DNA of 64,000 nucleotides. It comes from Takakia lepidozioides. Taxonomy: Eukaryota; Plantae; Bryophyta. The position numbers and the translations under genes were made by a program. Below, piece by piece: positions 50,109-64,000 of the stretch. The notes beneath the pieces were generated by a model. The model had not been told where the DNA came from. It saw nothing but the letters and a program-made list of their open reading frames with translations, and did no database searches. The first letter of the stretch is position 1. Each line of letters opens with the position of its first letter. The stretch covers positions 51,150,001 through 51,214,000 of the forward strand of contig CM060733.1 in NCBI GenBank assembly GCA_030704615.1, in the 5' to 3' direction.

Positions 50109-52159
50109 ATGAAATTGCCCTTTTCTTTTACAAATGAAAATGGCTCAAAGGCCCACAAGCTAGGCCTCTTGCCTTAGTTCTCAAGCATCCTACCTAACTA
50201 GGGAGCTTCAAGCTCCACCCCCTAGGACCTAGGCTTCCTCAAGCCACAAACTAGCAAGCATCTAAACAACCAAGCAACCACTTGCCACTGAGTCATAGGT
50301 TGTCCGGAGTCCCATCCACTTGTCCCACACCACTAACAAGTCCACGTTCCGCCGTTTGAAGTCGTCCTGACCTACGTTGTCGTTCCGATGCAACCTTTCG
50401 CTTTGTTGCGATATTTCATCGCTATACATGTTGTTTCTTCCAATTGCCAAGCTCCTCGCCGTGTGGTCCTACTGGACTTGAAAGGCAGGAGAACAGAGAG
50501 ATCACAATCTGAGACCGGAACTGTCGTCCTATAATGTTTGAACAAGATTACCTTGCTGTTTCTGGTACCGAATTGGCAACCTAATATGCTGTCGATGCAG
50601 CTTCCTACGGTCATCTTGCCGCCAAAACTCCTCTCCATGGTCGTCGCAGACACTGTCTAATTTCCTACGTGCTTTACCAACGATTTCCAGATAACTAACA
50701 AACTGTTTTTTACAGTACAATGCCAAAACCGCTTGTCTTATGATCAAAACGATCTGAAAAGAAAGTTGTACCAATATATGCATCTACAAGGTCGAGCAGA
50801 AGTGCGTTGGGAGGCTTTAAGTTGTTGGAGTATAGAGGCGGTTGGGGCATAACGGAATTCTTGGAGGAGATCTTGTTGATTGTGGGGAAAAAGTAGGCAG
50901 GGGAGGTCACAATCAAGGGTACAAGAGGTAGTTGGGTGACAGAATAGGGAACGAAGGTGAAGCAGATATCTGCATGTTTTGATAATAGCACGGGAATGTT
51001 TCAAGGTGCAGTCATTCCCAGTGGCTGCAGTGAGCTGGGTGAGAATAGTAATATGACGTGCTTTGAAGTAGACAAGGATGAGTTTTCTTTGACGGGGGTG
51101 TGAAGTTTCAAATTGTGTGAGGAATGAGGTGTTGAGCCATGCGTGTTCAAGTGGTGATACGGAGTTGGGTAGCCCGGGAGGTCAGTTTGTATGTTGATTC
51201 TCATTTGGCGTAAGATGAACAGTGTGTGAGCGGTAGAGGAGTGAAGACAAGATTGGGGGTGGAGAGAGGGGAGGGAGTACAATCCATTATATTTATAGGC
51301 CAAGTGTTTAAAGAGTCCTCTAAAAATTAGCCCTAAGGCGACAAATGTTTTATGGTTATCCGTGGCTTTTTGCTTTGTGACAGCATACGCAGTTTTTTTT
51401 GCATCCCGACCGATTTTGGAGAGGGAGGCGACCCACTGTAGAAGGTGGGATGGATCCACTGGTAGTGGCATAAGTGATAGACATATAGGTAGGATGTTTA
51501 GACATGTGATGCGGGGGTCAATTTTCCAATTATTATAGGATGGGGTCGAGGGGTGGGGGATGACAGTGCTCAAGAGCTCGGTGTATGGTATGATAGATGT
51601 CAAGATGGGAGGTCCATTCGTGTTTTTGAGTTCGGGTAAGGTAACCCCCGTTTTGTTTTGAACGGGCAGTCTGGGGGAGATCGGGGGGGGGGGGGGGGGG
51701 TGGGGGGGGGGGGGGGGGGGAGCATGTGGCTAATACACTTTTAGTCATTTCTTGGATTGTAGGGGTGAGTGTGATTTCGGGTTCCATCCATGCAACATTG
51801 GGGGGCTCACGACCACTAAGCGTGACGCCCAAGCTCACGATTAGTGGGTCAAACGTGAGCCTGGGCTCATAGGCTCACGCGAACAGGCTCATGGTGTAGC
51901 TTCCCTAGCCGTCTCCTTGGTCGCCAGAATATCTTCGAGATTATTTATGGCTATATATGATGCTCTCAAGTCTCTCCTCTACCAACCTACTTCAACATAC
52001 TTTTTATTTACAGGCAGCTTGGTCTTCCTATACCTTCTCACCAACAAAATTTGCATGCCATCATCACAGATTCACCATCCTGAAAAAGAATCGTCGATGT
52101 TGTATCCTCTTTACCGCTGCAAATCCATATATATAAAGTTCAATCTCACACAGACATAA

Positions 52160-52526
52160 TAGAGTTATCCGTAAAGTGAGCCTGAGTTTGGTACCCTGCT
52201 TGGACCCGAGTTACGGGTTTCATCTTGAGTTCGAGTTAATCCGAAAGTGCAGAAAACTGAGCACGAAGTCAAAAAAGAGGGCACCAAATCATAAACTGGG
52301 GATGAGGGCAACTGTTGCTATGGCGCGAGCTCTGACCACCTCCGCCTCGACGACTAACAAAACTCGGCACCAAACTCCTGCCACCCCCATTTTCCTAGTC
52401 CTGGCAGTTTGGTCCCGTTTTTTTTTCTGGTCATACCGCTTGATCTTGAGTTTCGAGTTTCATACCGAGTTTTGGCCAAACTCAGGGTTCTCATGCCGAG
52501 TTTGGGACCCTTTACGGATAACTCTA
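52160..52526. mobile_element. MITE with 17-bp TIR
   Basis: TAGAGTTATCCGTAAAG / CTTTACGGATAACTCTA; internal CGAGTTT repeats; TSD ambiguous (TA or AAT). Confidence 0.75.
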
Positions 52527-54930
52527 ATAGGTAATGACATAGCATACCATCTTGCTCAACTTGGTGCCATTCAGCCAATCACCAACCCCTAGACCAGCCC
52601 TATCCACCGGTTGAACACATACCCATTTTGGCTATTTTGCTAGTCCGGGACTTCATGTACTTGCCTTGCCGTCATATATATATATATAGCCAAACTGTGC
52701 GTTCGCAGCGGTTTGTGTCCTTAGCGACGGAACCGTCGAGCGCGGCGATGGAGATGGTGATGAGAGATGGAGATGGGAGGGAGGCCGGTGGAAGAGAAAT
52801 ACCGTTCATCGGAGGGGGAGTGGGCCGTCCCTGGGCGAGCCTCCAAGAAATGCGCTTACAGCGGTTGCATAGCCTGGCTTGTTGCTGGGACCCCTTCATC
52901 CTCCTCTTCACATTCTCTCTTTGAAGTTGGTATAATCCCTCCGTGTTCCATTTGTGCCAATTTAGGGATCTCAGTCTGTCTTCTATCTCAGATATCGGGT
53001 TTCGTTGTCCACCCAATGTGCTTTGATGGCCAGTGACTGATGGCGCGGGACATGGCTTTCAAGCTTTGAGGAGTGATTGTGGCAGTAGAGTGGTAGTCTC
53101 GAGAGAGATGCTTGGCATGAAACGTGCCCATCTGTGGAGATGGAATGATGTTCTTGGGTCGTGTGTGAGGTCGCACTTTCGGTCATCCGTTTGGTTGACT
53201 CTTTGGATTCTGCCTCCAGCGAAAAACTCACAATGTGCTGCGTGTCCCCAGAACGAATACCGACGTTAAGGGGCAGTGATGTTAAAAACATTTCGCCGAG
53301 TTTATTCAATGTCCTCTGCAAGCTTCCACCCCGGGAACAAAATGAATAGCATTTTTCTGCAAACAAATTCTCATGTGCGGGATGAAGCGAAGTCAGTATG
53401 CCATGTCAAAGACTACGTTTCAATTATCCCTCTAGTTACTGAAGTCTTGCCACATGAGGACTGTCCTGGTCATTTGATCATTTGATTTTCTCTTTGTTAA
53501 GTGTAAGGTATGAAACATAATGCGAGTCCTTCAAGCCCTTGAGGCCAATTTTGCGAATTTTCAGGTGTTGAAACTCCCACATCACAGTACCTGATTAGTG
53601 TAGTTTTCTTGTCACTCATTTTTGGGTTCTATTTATTTTGAAAGCCGGGTGAATCCAAGAATGCAGCAGCTGATTCCTGTAGACCGAAGCACAGCTTATG
53701 AGTGCCTTGTAGAAGAGAGCATGTAGGGACCAAGAAATAGATTATGTGGATCCTTCTTGATGGGACTGAAAGTGACACGTCACCGGCCCTTGTTGGAAGA
53801 AGGACCCAGCTCCAAAAAACACAAACATGGGGATTCAACCGATTAAGGGAATTTATAGAAGAAGTAAACTGGAACCATGAGCCCTTGGACCTGTGTTGTA
53901 GCGAGGTCACACCTGGATGGGCCTGCATGCAGTTTGAGGATTGGACCAGAATTGGAACCATGAACTCTTGCACCTGTCTTGTAACGAGGTCACACCAGGA
54001 AGGGCCTACATGCAGTGTAAGGGCTTGGTCTGGGCTAAAGAGGGAGCCTATCTTACAAAGACATTCGTAATCAAGTCGTAGAAGTGAGGACTAGGAGAGC
54101 CCTGGGGAGGTCAGATCAAAGAAATCTTTGAAGTTGTTGCAAGCTCTGACTTGATGATAGTCGAAATGTTACGTGTGGCTCAAAGAGAAGTGGGTCCACC
54201 ATGAACATATTACATGACGAGTTCTGGCTCTGACTAAGAGACTAGTCTTGTGAGGAAAATTCAGCTTGCCAAGATATGGGGATTCACAGTGCATGTTACC
54301 ACGATCCAGCCTTTTTACAGTCACACCCCATGAAAAGGAAGAAACAGCACCAATGACAGGCTGATTAATCAAGTGTTTGCATTTCAATTCATTATCTGGT
54401 CATTCTTTGGGATGACAATGCACATGACCAGCCCAAAGAGCTTGAAGGAGATGTTGCGATATGCCTCCCCTGAAGAGAACGAAGGTACATGCTAGGAAAC
54501 CAATTTCAACTATAATTTATGATCCAACAGATGCAAGCTAACAGGTCTGTGATTGTATACTTTGGATTGCTCACTACATAAATTGCTCCATTCATGGTGC
54601 GTCAATAATCACTGGCAAAATGGGAGGAATTCTGTTGTATGCTACTTGTCTTGATGGACAAGGCGCTATTATGTGGCAACCAGGGGACCCAGTAGATCTA
54701 TGTGAAGATACCAGTCGGCGATCCAGGCGATGGCCCATCAGCAGGCGCTACATGGAAGCAGGTTGACATTTTTAACCATATTAGGTCAAGTTTACTTCTT
54801 AGGTTATAGGTGAAGGCACATAAGGATGTCCGATTGTCAAGTGCAGTATAATCTTATCCCTGAAGAGTTTGGACCAGTGTAAGATAGTTAGAGGTAGGGT
54901 AGGCTTGTATCCTGGCTCAGCAGATGAGAG

Positions 54931-57900
54931 GTGCTTGGGGATCCAGCCTTGCAGGACATATGTGAGTACAATGATATCAGTGAGGATCAGCTGGTGTCAG
55001 CACCCGAAAGCATCACATCAATTGAAATGTTTCTCTACAACTTTCCACACATCTGCTGCATGTCATTTTTCCCCAATCTAGTGTCCCTTTCGCTGGTCCA
55101 GCAGAACCTTCTTTCCATTGAGGGCCTCCACTACTGCCCACATCTTGAACTTCTTCGCCTCAGTGAGAACAGTATTCAAAGGTACACCAAGACTGGTTTA
55201 GTCTACGTTGTTTTGGAATTTTTGTATGCTCCAATAATGGTTAAATGCAAATGAATCTACTTTTTGATGATACTGCACATGACCTCCCTTGACTCTGTTT
55301 TTCTGACCTGAAGAAGATGATGCTACTATTTGTTGTCGTTGTGAGCTTAAATCTCTCCTGCTTTCCCTTTTCCCATAAGCTCTTTTTCTGTGGAGGTTAT
55401 AAAGTATTGTTTCATTTCTCTCTCGCTTTCTGCCCCTCTCTCTCTCTTTCTGTGTCAACTTTTCTAGCTTGTTTTCTTTTGACTATTCAAGAACAGGCAA
55501 TCCCTTGCTGAGAGGTCTTTCATTTTGAGGATCAGAAATGCTGCATGACGCATCCCATCTTAGAGAATCTCTAGATGTATAGTTGTTTTTGGGCTGCTAG
55601 GCTTGAACATATTCGGGTTTAATGAAGCTTTCATTGGAATATAAATCTATCATTCATACAAATAGGAAATGGTCATGGCATTGAAATGGAATGCTTGCAG
55701 GATTGAAGGGCTGGGAAACTGCCTGAAGTTGAAGGAGCTGTTTCTACACAGCAACCGCATCACACGCATCACTAACATATCCCACCTTACAGCCCTTGAA
55801 GTGCTGTGGTTGTCCAATAATGAGATACGCTGGGTGGAAGGCCTTGACAACCTCCCACTCAAAGAGCTGAGCCTGGCCCACAACCCAATCACCCAGCTTG
55901 GTGAGATTCTGAACATGAAGGCGCTGGAGTTTTTGAACGTTGCTGGGACCAATATTGGCTCCTTCAAGGTGATCAAATGCTTGTGAAGACCTTTCCACAT
56001 ACCTGATTCAGAGAGATGTTACTACAACAGCTTCACATCTTGTACAATTGGATGAATGGGAAGTTACCGTTGAATCCGAGATGTGACTGTGACCATAGGC
56101 CTGCATTTAGAGCCGCAGTGAGGTTGGGTCACTTTCTCCTGGCCTGCTTTGCAAACTTAGGTTTCTTAAGGTTAACAATGCAGGCTTGGCCGGGAGACCT
56201 GAAGGAAAGATATAGGATTGAGTGCAGCTTGGATGATGCCTGATTGGTGGGATGCCCAAACAGATACCCCAGGGTAAATACATGTCACGTCAATAAGGTT
56301 GCCACAAGGATATCTGAGCAACCATGAACAGGAAAGAGTACTCTAATGCGTTTCAGTCAGTCATTTACTGTAAACTGTTCAACTTGGGAACTGGACCTCT
56401 CAACCAATTTACTGATTTGTGAAACATGTGGAGAGCAGGAGATTGGCAACCTGACAAGATTGAAAAATTTGAAGGACCTCCGATTTTCTGACGCACAATG
56501 GGGGAGTAGTCCTCTCGCATTGCTTCACAACTACCAGGTATTTGACCAGATTGATCTCACCATGTTTGTCTTTTGGGTCGAGAAAGTACTATAGTTTGCC
56601 TATAGCCTTTTTCATGAAATGAAATCTGTTTTGTGCCTTCTGTTCCAGTACTGCTGCAAAACATATGTCAACACTGTCCAGGACTCCTTTATTCATTGTG
56701 GGGCTTAGCCACACCAAGCCCTCCTTGCAGCTCACATCCATGTGCTGCATTTGCCCGTAATTTTATCAGAGATCTTGCATTGACCCTTGAGCTTGAATTC
56801 TAAAAATTTGAGTTCCAAACTTAGGACGTTCCACTAACAGTAGATGCTTTATGCTACCCTTTGAGGATGCGGTGGCAACAGAAGTTGAGACAAGTAATGA
56901 TCTATAAGTACTCCTGAAACCTTCAACTATCAAGAGATTATGTGGGGAGATTTCAAAGTTGTCAACAATCTTTGTAGAATGGGCATGCAGACCTATATTT
57001 TGTTCCGTCTCCGACAGTTGCAGTCACTGGACACTGTGGACTTGACAGATGAGAGAAAGCAAGCGGCCAAGGCTATGTACACACGGAAACGGGTGTACTA
57101 TAACATGTGCATCAAATCACTGCAGCAGAGCCGCAACAACAGTACCAATTCCTCTCTCAAAGTTGAGTCCCGACGGATAAAAAGCTTGCAAAAGTGAGCT
57201 GATCATGTTCCATCTCAGAGGTTCTAGACCCACTTCCCGTGGTTGCCACACTTGAGTATTATCTTGGAGTGGTTCGATGTTGAAATAAGTTGCAGACGTC
57301 AACTGAAACAAGTTTAGGATGTGGAACCAGAGACCCATGTTAGCTTCATACTTAGTTATGAATTGGGACTGTGTTTTCTCCCCGCATCTTAGAGTTTTGC
57401 AAAAGAAATCCTTCTATAGGTATCACATAATCCACTGTTAAGTAGTGTTGCTTTGCTTTTTCTATGAGAGGTGGCTTCAGGCATTGACCAATTTCATACA
57501 CACCTACATATAACCACAAACATCTGTACTTCTAATTTCTCTGAGGAGGGGGCATGCACATCCTTTTTCTTTCTGACAAAGTGTGTCAATTGTAGAACGC
57601 TGGCGAAACTCATAAAAACTCACAAGGACCTTGAGAAAGAGATTAGTGAAGCATCAGAGATGGAGAATCCAGGGAAGGGAGATCTAGGGGCTATAGTGAC
57701 AGTGGCCAATCCCAGCAAGAGTGAAGAATGGTGGATACAGATAAAGGGCAAGGTGACAACAGTGGACAATCAAATCTTGCATCTGATGAAGCGTCTTGAC
57801 TTCCTACGCACCGACATGCAGCTGGCTAAAGCCAAAGAGCAGGCCGCCATCGACTTGAATATCCATTGGCTTATGGTTGAGCTTGATACTGGTTTGTGTA

Positions 57901-60900
57901 CTCCCTTTTCTTCGGTCATCATTTGATGTGCTCTGAATTGGTTTCTTGTTGCTCTACTTCGTCCCATAGGCCCTGCCGGCTGCTGTGCACGGTAGGGTGG
58001 CCTCCCACAGTCTGCAGATAGAGAGTGGTAGGTGGGACAACCTGGTGACCCGCTTGGTCTAGAGATGACAAGAGGGAGATTGAAACTGAAGAACATTTCT
58101 TCTTTCACTGTCCTCTGTACTATGAGATCCAGGGGAGATACTATTGCCTATCCTGAGATAGCCAATTCCATACAGAGGTGTTCCACTATGCGGATCACAT
58201 ATGCTTGGCAGCATATTTGCATGAGGAGTTACATGGGATCATTGTTTTTGTGCTTGGCAGCTTACCTGCACGAGACCTTCACCCTTAGACAATCACTTGA
58301 GCAATGGTTTTATTATTGGCTCTGGTTTTGTTTCCTCTCTCATGTTTTCTTCCATTTTCATAAGCTCTACGAGCTTTCCGCGGACGTTATAAAGTACAAT
58401 TCCATTTCATTTCATTTCTCTTTCGTGTTTCTGTTAGAAAACTAGACCTGTCCTCACTCTAGAGATATGGACAGGGAGCTTCTTTCACAAGCAGCAGTAC
58501 AAAGGCTTGACAGCTGAATAATACACAAATTAACTAGTACTAACAAGATGAGAAACTGGAGCCTGGAAGCTCCAAAGCTAGTGGAGTTGACTGTGGATGC
58601 TGGACTTCTCCTCCTTCTCTACAATCTACTAGGATAGCACACCAACCTACATTTACCCGTCAAAAGACCCTAAGAGTAGCCTAGCCAACAGTCCCAATGG
58701 TTAACTAAATCTGAGCTGACTTTCAACACTCCCACGGGACGTTTAGCCCAATCAGTCGCATGCATCTAGAATGCCTTTCTTAAAATAGAGCGAGTGCATC
58801 GGCTGCCAAGTCTTCTGTCCTACAGAAAACCAACTCAATCTCCAAACCAATCTTTTCTAATGAAATGATTGTACATGGTGAACAATGTTTTTGCTGAGCT
58901 CAATGCTGCTGCTGTTATCAGCATGCATTCTTAACTGAAACCAAGTTCACCAAGAAGCCTTGGAATCCAAATGGCTTCTTTGGTTGCATGAGCTCAGCAA
59001 AAACCATGTTCACCATGCACGAACCAAACATATCGATATCAAACCTCATTTCGTTTGAGCAGCGGAAGCGGGCCCATGACATGTTAGAAAACTAGACCTG
59101 TCCTCACTCTTCCAGCTCTCCTTTCATTACAGTCACTTGTTCCTCAGCTCCAAACAGTTTCACTAGACCCCCGTGAAAGTTTAGCTAGTACTAGCAAGAT
59201 GAGAAAACTGGAGCCTGGAAGCTCCCTTACTCCCTAGTACAAAAGAAAGCTAATAGAATTACTGTAGATGCTGGACTTCTCCTCTCTGCAGTCTACTAGT
59301 CAACCTACATGCTAGAAGAAATGCGGGGCGTCACCTCAGCCTTTCCCTAAATCCTGCACAGAGTTCTCTAGAACCTTCTGGTAGGAACTAGGAACCATCC
59401 TTGGCTGTCAAAAAATCCTAACAGAACCCTAGCTAACAGTCCCAATGGTTAAACTAAATCTGAACTGACTTTCAACAGTTTCCAGCTTTCTCTTGTCCCG
59501 TACACTCTTTGAGCTTTGCATGGACGTTACAAGGTGTCATTTCATTTCTCCCTTTGCCATAAGTTTTTTGGGCTTCCTTGGAACATTATAGAGTTTTTTT
59601 TCTTTCTCGATTTTCATCTCTCCTTTTTGTCCCACAGCCACCAGGCCCTGTGGGCCTCCAGTGGCATACACATGGTTGTCCTAGTGTCTGTATACTACAG
59701 CGCTGAAGATGTAAAACTCTAATATCACACCTGAATCTGGACTGGAAATGTCAAGCCTTGTTCCAGTTGAGCATACTTTATATGCCTTGGAAAATGCAGT
59801 GTGTCTTGGTAAGCATATCCTGATGAAGATCTATGCTTTGGCTTCAAAAATTCATAACCTACAATTTGTAACTAGCAGACAACCTGTCACCTGAAATCAA
59901 ACAAGAAGTCTCTTCTACAGGTGGCAATATCCGGATGGAGGTTGGCAACTCAAAGGATGTGTGGTTCAAGAGTTGCATGGACCTGGTGGTCTCTCGATTC
60001 TTTGCGCCAGATTTTGTTCCATTTTCCATTACAGGGATGCAAGTGCTCAAGGTCACTCGTATTCACAACCGATTTCTGCAAGATCGTTTTGAGAGGATTT
60101 TGGAAGCCCAGGTGAGTGATCCACATGGCAGGAACTTTGAATGATGTTTGTTGTCAGTGGCCAGGCTCCTTGTGTGTATCTGCTGCAGGTCAAGCTAATG
60201 GCTGTTAGACTTTCTTCTCATCTGTCAGGCGCCTGTATGTTCTATGTACTGTATAAGAACGTTTAATTGCATTTCAGCATTGTGTTGAGTCTCAAATCGA
60301 CATCTTTCACCATTTAGACCAAGTAGTAACAAAGAGAAAATACAAATGCCATGTGTACACTGCATGTGTCGTACAACAAGAAATAGAGGACAAACTAACA
60401 GCGGACACAACTCACTCCCATTGGGAGATTCAACTGTCTATTCCAGGATACCCAATCTCTCATGGAGGTCTTCCAATATGAGGATCACAAATTGCTTGGC
60501 AACATACCTGCATGAAGCATTGACTCTTAGACAATCCCTTGAACTTTAGTCGCGTTTTTGGGCTGTTCGGACGTTATAAAGCACCATTTCATTTCATTTC
60601 ATTTCTTGTCTCTTTCTTCCCCTTGAGCTTTCCGTGGACGTTATAAAGTACCATCATTTCTCCAGTGTAAACAATACTATCAGTCTGGATGGACATGTGA
60701 ATGAAACCGATATGGTGGAGGGTGCTTCAGACACAGAAAGGCAGCAAAATGCATGTTGAGTATCTGCTGTATGGGGAGACGCTACAAGCCCCCGATGAAC
60801 TGCAGTGGATCATTGAAGAGGGATTTCCTTTCTCCCCTGACCACCTTCCAAACGGATGCCAAGGGCCTGTTCTTCTTTCCAATTCTGTTGGCCTGGCTGA

Positions 60901-63900
60901 CGTCTGCCGGCTACAGGTATTCCTCTTTGCACAGCTGAAACTTCCAGTGTTCTTCAGCCCTTGTTGGCTGCCTTTCTGTAGTGAGCTTCTCACTGTGATT
61001 GCATTGACAAACAGGCCCTTGCTGAGCAGTCACAAGAGGCCACCTGGAGAGGCAGAGCAACTGGGTGGCTGTTAGTGGTGAAGACATGCCTGGGCTCTTC
61101 TGTGCGGGACATAGGCCATGCTTTCACCAAAAACCCGTGTCTACCAGTAATAAAGAATGGGATGACACACGAAATGGGTAAGAATATGATAACCTCGTTA
61201 CACATGCAGCATTCCTGTTTTCCTATGTGTGAAGAGAACCATCATCAATTGAAAAAGGTTTCTCCATCATTGTCTTCACAACTTGAATTGAATTAATCGC
61301 ATTCCGTATCCAGAGTATATTTTCTAAGTTGCTGGAGCAAGTTTTCTCATCCAAGATCAACTGGTAGAATCCATCACAATACCTCTCTCTTCCACCCAGT
61401 ATCCTGGTTTCTTGAGATCTCTTATAAAGTTTCTTTCTCTTTGAGCTTTCCATGGACGTTATAAAGTATCAATGCATTTTCATTTCATCTGTTACTGTAT
61501 AGATTTACTTCCAAGTCACAGAACACTTACTGCTACAGGACTAACCTTATGCTGTTTGTGCTTTGGTGCAGCTGATGGGGACACAGCAGGTTTAGTGAAA
61601 AAATCTTCATATCCAAATGCAGACTCTGTGTTCAGATCCCACCCTGTGGATTCCATGCAGCGGTCATGGTCAGTGTTTGATGCTGCGCTTGTGGTCCCTG
61701 AGTATCTAGTTGAATTTGAATACAGCTTCAAGGGTACTGACCCAGGGGACGGACATTCTGCTGCAATTTCCCAAAAGGGTGGTAAACACTCCAAGGTCTC
61801 AGCTTGGCCCAATGGCGTTGAGGACAAGTTGCTTGTCAGCGAGCAAGGAGTGAATGGGGGTTGGCATCTTCCATTATCAGACACAGAAGCAGTCTCTCTT
61901 CTAAGCTCAGGGTCTCAAGCCCATGAGTTGTGCATCATTGAAGCTTGTACGGCAGCTTGGCCCCATTCCCAAGGAGGGAAAGTGTGTCTGCTCTCCAATG
62001 AATTCCTCCTCAGAAGAAATGGTTTCAAGGACCTCTCCTATATATCCTACCTCAATCTTCATAATAGTAATATCACAGGCATCGAAGCACTCCGGGGCAT
62101 GGCCAGTTTGAAAGTCCTGGTTGTGTCATTCAACAAGATACTAAAAATCACCGGTCTCGATGATCTCAGCATGCTGGAGAGACTGGACTTGAGCTACAAT
62201 TTGTTGAAGAGGATCGAGGGTTTGAGTGGTCTTAACAATCTCTTGACACTTGACCTCGCCGGCAATGAGATTTGGTGTCCAGATGACCTGGGAATTCTCC
62301 AGTTGCAAGTATGAAAATGATTGCTTTGTCTCTTGGTTCTGAAACAAAGGTGTGAGTTCCTGTGATTCGGAAACTGGTCATATTTCTGCCAAGAATTGAA
62401 ATGGTTAAGACTTTGACTCTCTGTTGATTCTGATGCTTGCCAGGTCCCTGGTTTGATGAACCTCAACCTGCGAAGCAATCCTTTGGTGGACGAGTTAGGC
62501 TACAGGTCCCTGGTCCTACGCGCCTTGCCTTTGATTGCAGAGCTGGACTGTAATCCAGTGACGACAGGTCAAAATCTTTTTCTTTCCCTTTTGCCATCTC
62601 TCTTCGAGTGGGGTCAATGCCTTCAATGGCTTTATAGACATCACTGTTCCTGCACCCCATTTACTGTGGCTTTAAGGCTAGTGTCCACTACTATTTAGTA
62701 TTTCAGATACTCATGGGATCAACTCAGCTTCAATGCATGAGTATGGACCAATGCGTATCCATGTTAAAGAACTTAGCATGAATTAAGAAATTTCTGTGGT
62801 GACTTTGGTATAAATTCTTTACAGAAAGCTTCACAACCATTCAGCATTCCAAGTGAGACAACAATATGCCACAATCTCATCTGTGGGTTTTGTTGCTTTG
62901 GTGAATACAGAAGAACGTATCACTTCCATTCGGAACTTTTCTGCATCGCCGGCAAGTCTTTTCTCAAGCACCCCATTACTTTGCAACACCTTGCCACCCT
63001 CAGCATCAGCTGTCTCTCTGCTCTTTGATGAGAAAGACCTTGAGGATGCTCTAAATTTCACACCTGAAGTCAACCATGAAAATTTTGAGGTAAAAGTGGA
63101 AGCAAAAGGGGCTGAGCTGTCAGAGAAGGATGCAGGGGTAGCAGCACCAGCCAAGGGTGCAACTGAAGCCGTCCTGAAACATCTTGCAGATCCCTTCAGA
63201 CTGAGCCCTTACAGGCTGAACGCATTTACCAAGTTCCATAGGATAGAAACAGCATCAAAGAGACGGATTAACCACTCCACAAAGGATCTGCCTGCATGGT
63301 ATGAAGGTGTTGAGGAAGTTCACTTAGAGCGGCGGAAGCTGAGTACAATGTACTGCTTTGACAGGTTGCCAAACCTACGACGTCTGTTCCTGTCTGGAAA
63401 TGAAATCTCAGTAATTGAGGGCTTGGAAAAGTGCACCATGCTGGAAGAGCTCATCCTGGAAGATAATCTCATAAAGCAGGTGCAAACAAGCAGATTGTGT
63501 GCATATTTCTTGGATTGATCATTTGCAAAGTATGACTAGCTGCACACAAGAATGGTTAAGGTGACCTTAAATTACTTGTTTCAGAACAACCTAGCTGTGC
63601 TGCTTTTGGTAATAGCTTTGAACCCTCCACAAATCGGTGGAAGTCATCACAAAAGGGTCTGGTACAGAGCTTCCGTATGGGACCCTTCCGTAATGTGGAT
63701 GCGTGATGCTTACAGAAAATAAACCTACAGCACTTATCAGGGATGTGGCTTTTGGAGATTTCTCTCCTTGATGTAATGTTGGCACTGCAAGTTCTGAGAA
63801 GGAATAACTTCCTCTATGAGAAGCTGGCATGCAGGTTACAGGGCTAATGAGCCTGCAAGCACTGTGGAGGCTAGATCTTGGCCGCAATCAGCTCACCTCG

Positions 63901-63972
63901 TGTGTAGAGATCGGCAACTTTGCCTCCATCGAGCAGCTCTCCATTGACGGCAATAACATTGGTTCCCTGAAG
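54931..63972 (+). CDS. LRRC9: LRRC9-like leucine-rich-repeat ciliary protein (partial; continues past the window, 5' exon uncertain)
   Basis: Exons about 54931-55181, 55701-55968, 56439-56537, 56991-57193, 57596-57891, 59921-60111, 60731-60916, 61015-61177, 61572-62308, 62444-62567, 62825-63479, 63835-63972 with GT-AG introns; SDS22-type LRRs and LRRC9-like motifs IEMFLYNFPHI, YYNMCIKSLQ, GNIRMEVG...WFKSCMDLVVSRF, LVVPEYLVEFEY. Confidence 0.85.
58432..59477 (-). mobile_element. Intronic TRIM / non-autonomous copia-type LTR element
   Basis: LTRs 58432-58728 and 59082-59477 (TGTTAG...TTCAACA), 5-bp TSD GTTTC, PPT-like GTGGGAG, PBS matching the 5' half of tRNA-iMet. Confidence 0.9.
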
Positions 63973-64000
63973 GTACGCCACCACAATGAACCACCTCAGT

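Noticed and set aside
50790-51840. 200-aa - strand ORF and G-run as a gene or G-quadruplex element
   Set aside because: No recognisable motif; probably a decayed retroelement with a homopolymer

Overview
Repeat-rich nuclear DNA of a seedless land plant. This is inferred from PLS-class PPR pseudogenes, a plastid sigma-factor fragment, OSB fragments and an intron-rich LRRC9-like ciliary gene at about 54.9-64 kb. Positions 1-52 kb are nested transposons: CACTA remnants, a chromovirus 3' end/LTR, a degenerate LINE, MITEs, and an old + strand Ty3/gypsy element (about 13.4-34.8 kb) split by later insertions. The standout is a young 12.2-kb Ty3/gypsy element (14815-26969, - strand, 4-bp TSD TAGC). 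Its polyprotein reads Gag - protease - DNMT3-like C5 cytosine methyltransferase - RT - RNase H - DDE integrase - PHD finger. Its terminal repeats are split/circularly permuted (B-internal-A-B-A), as if a 2-LTR circle had been opened at an internal palindromic GACA-GC-TGTC site, and it has a Tf1-like self-priming site instead of a tRNA PBS. Also notable: a 6.3-kb Pack-CACTA carrying sigma-factor and PPR sequence, recurring PPR::OSB chimeras next to CACTA ends, an intron-containing amino-(N4C/N6A)-methyltransferase fragment beside a SWIM finger, and an intronic TRIM with a half-tRNA-iMet PBS. All calls come from reading the sequence by eye; no searches were run.
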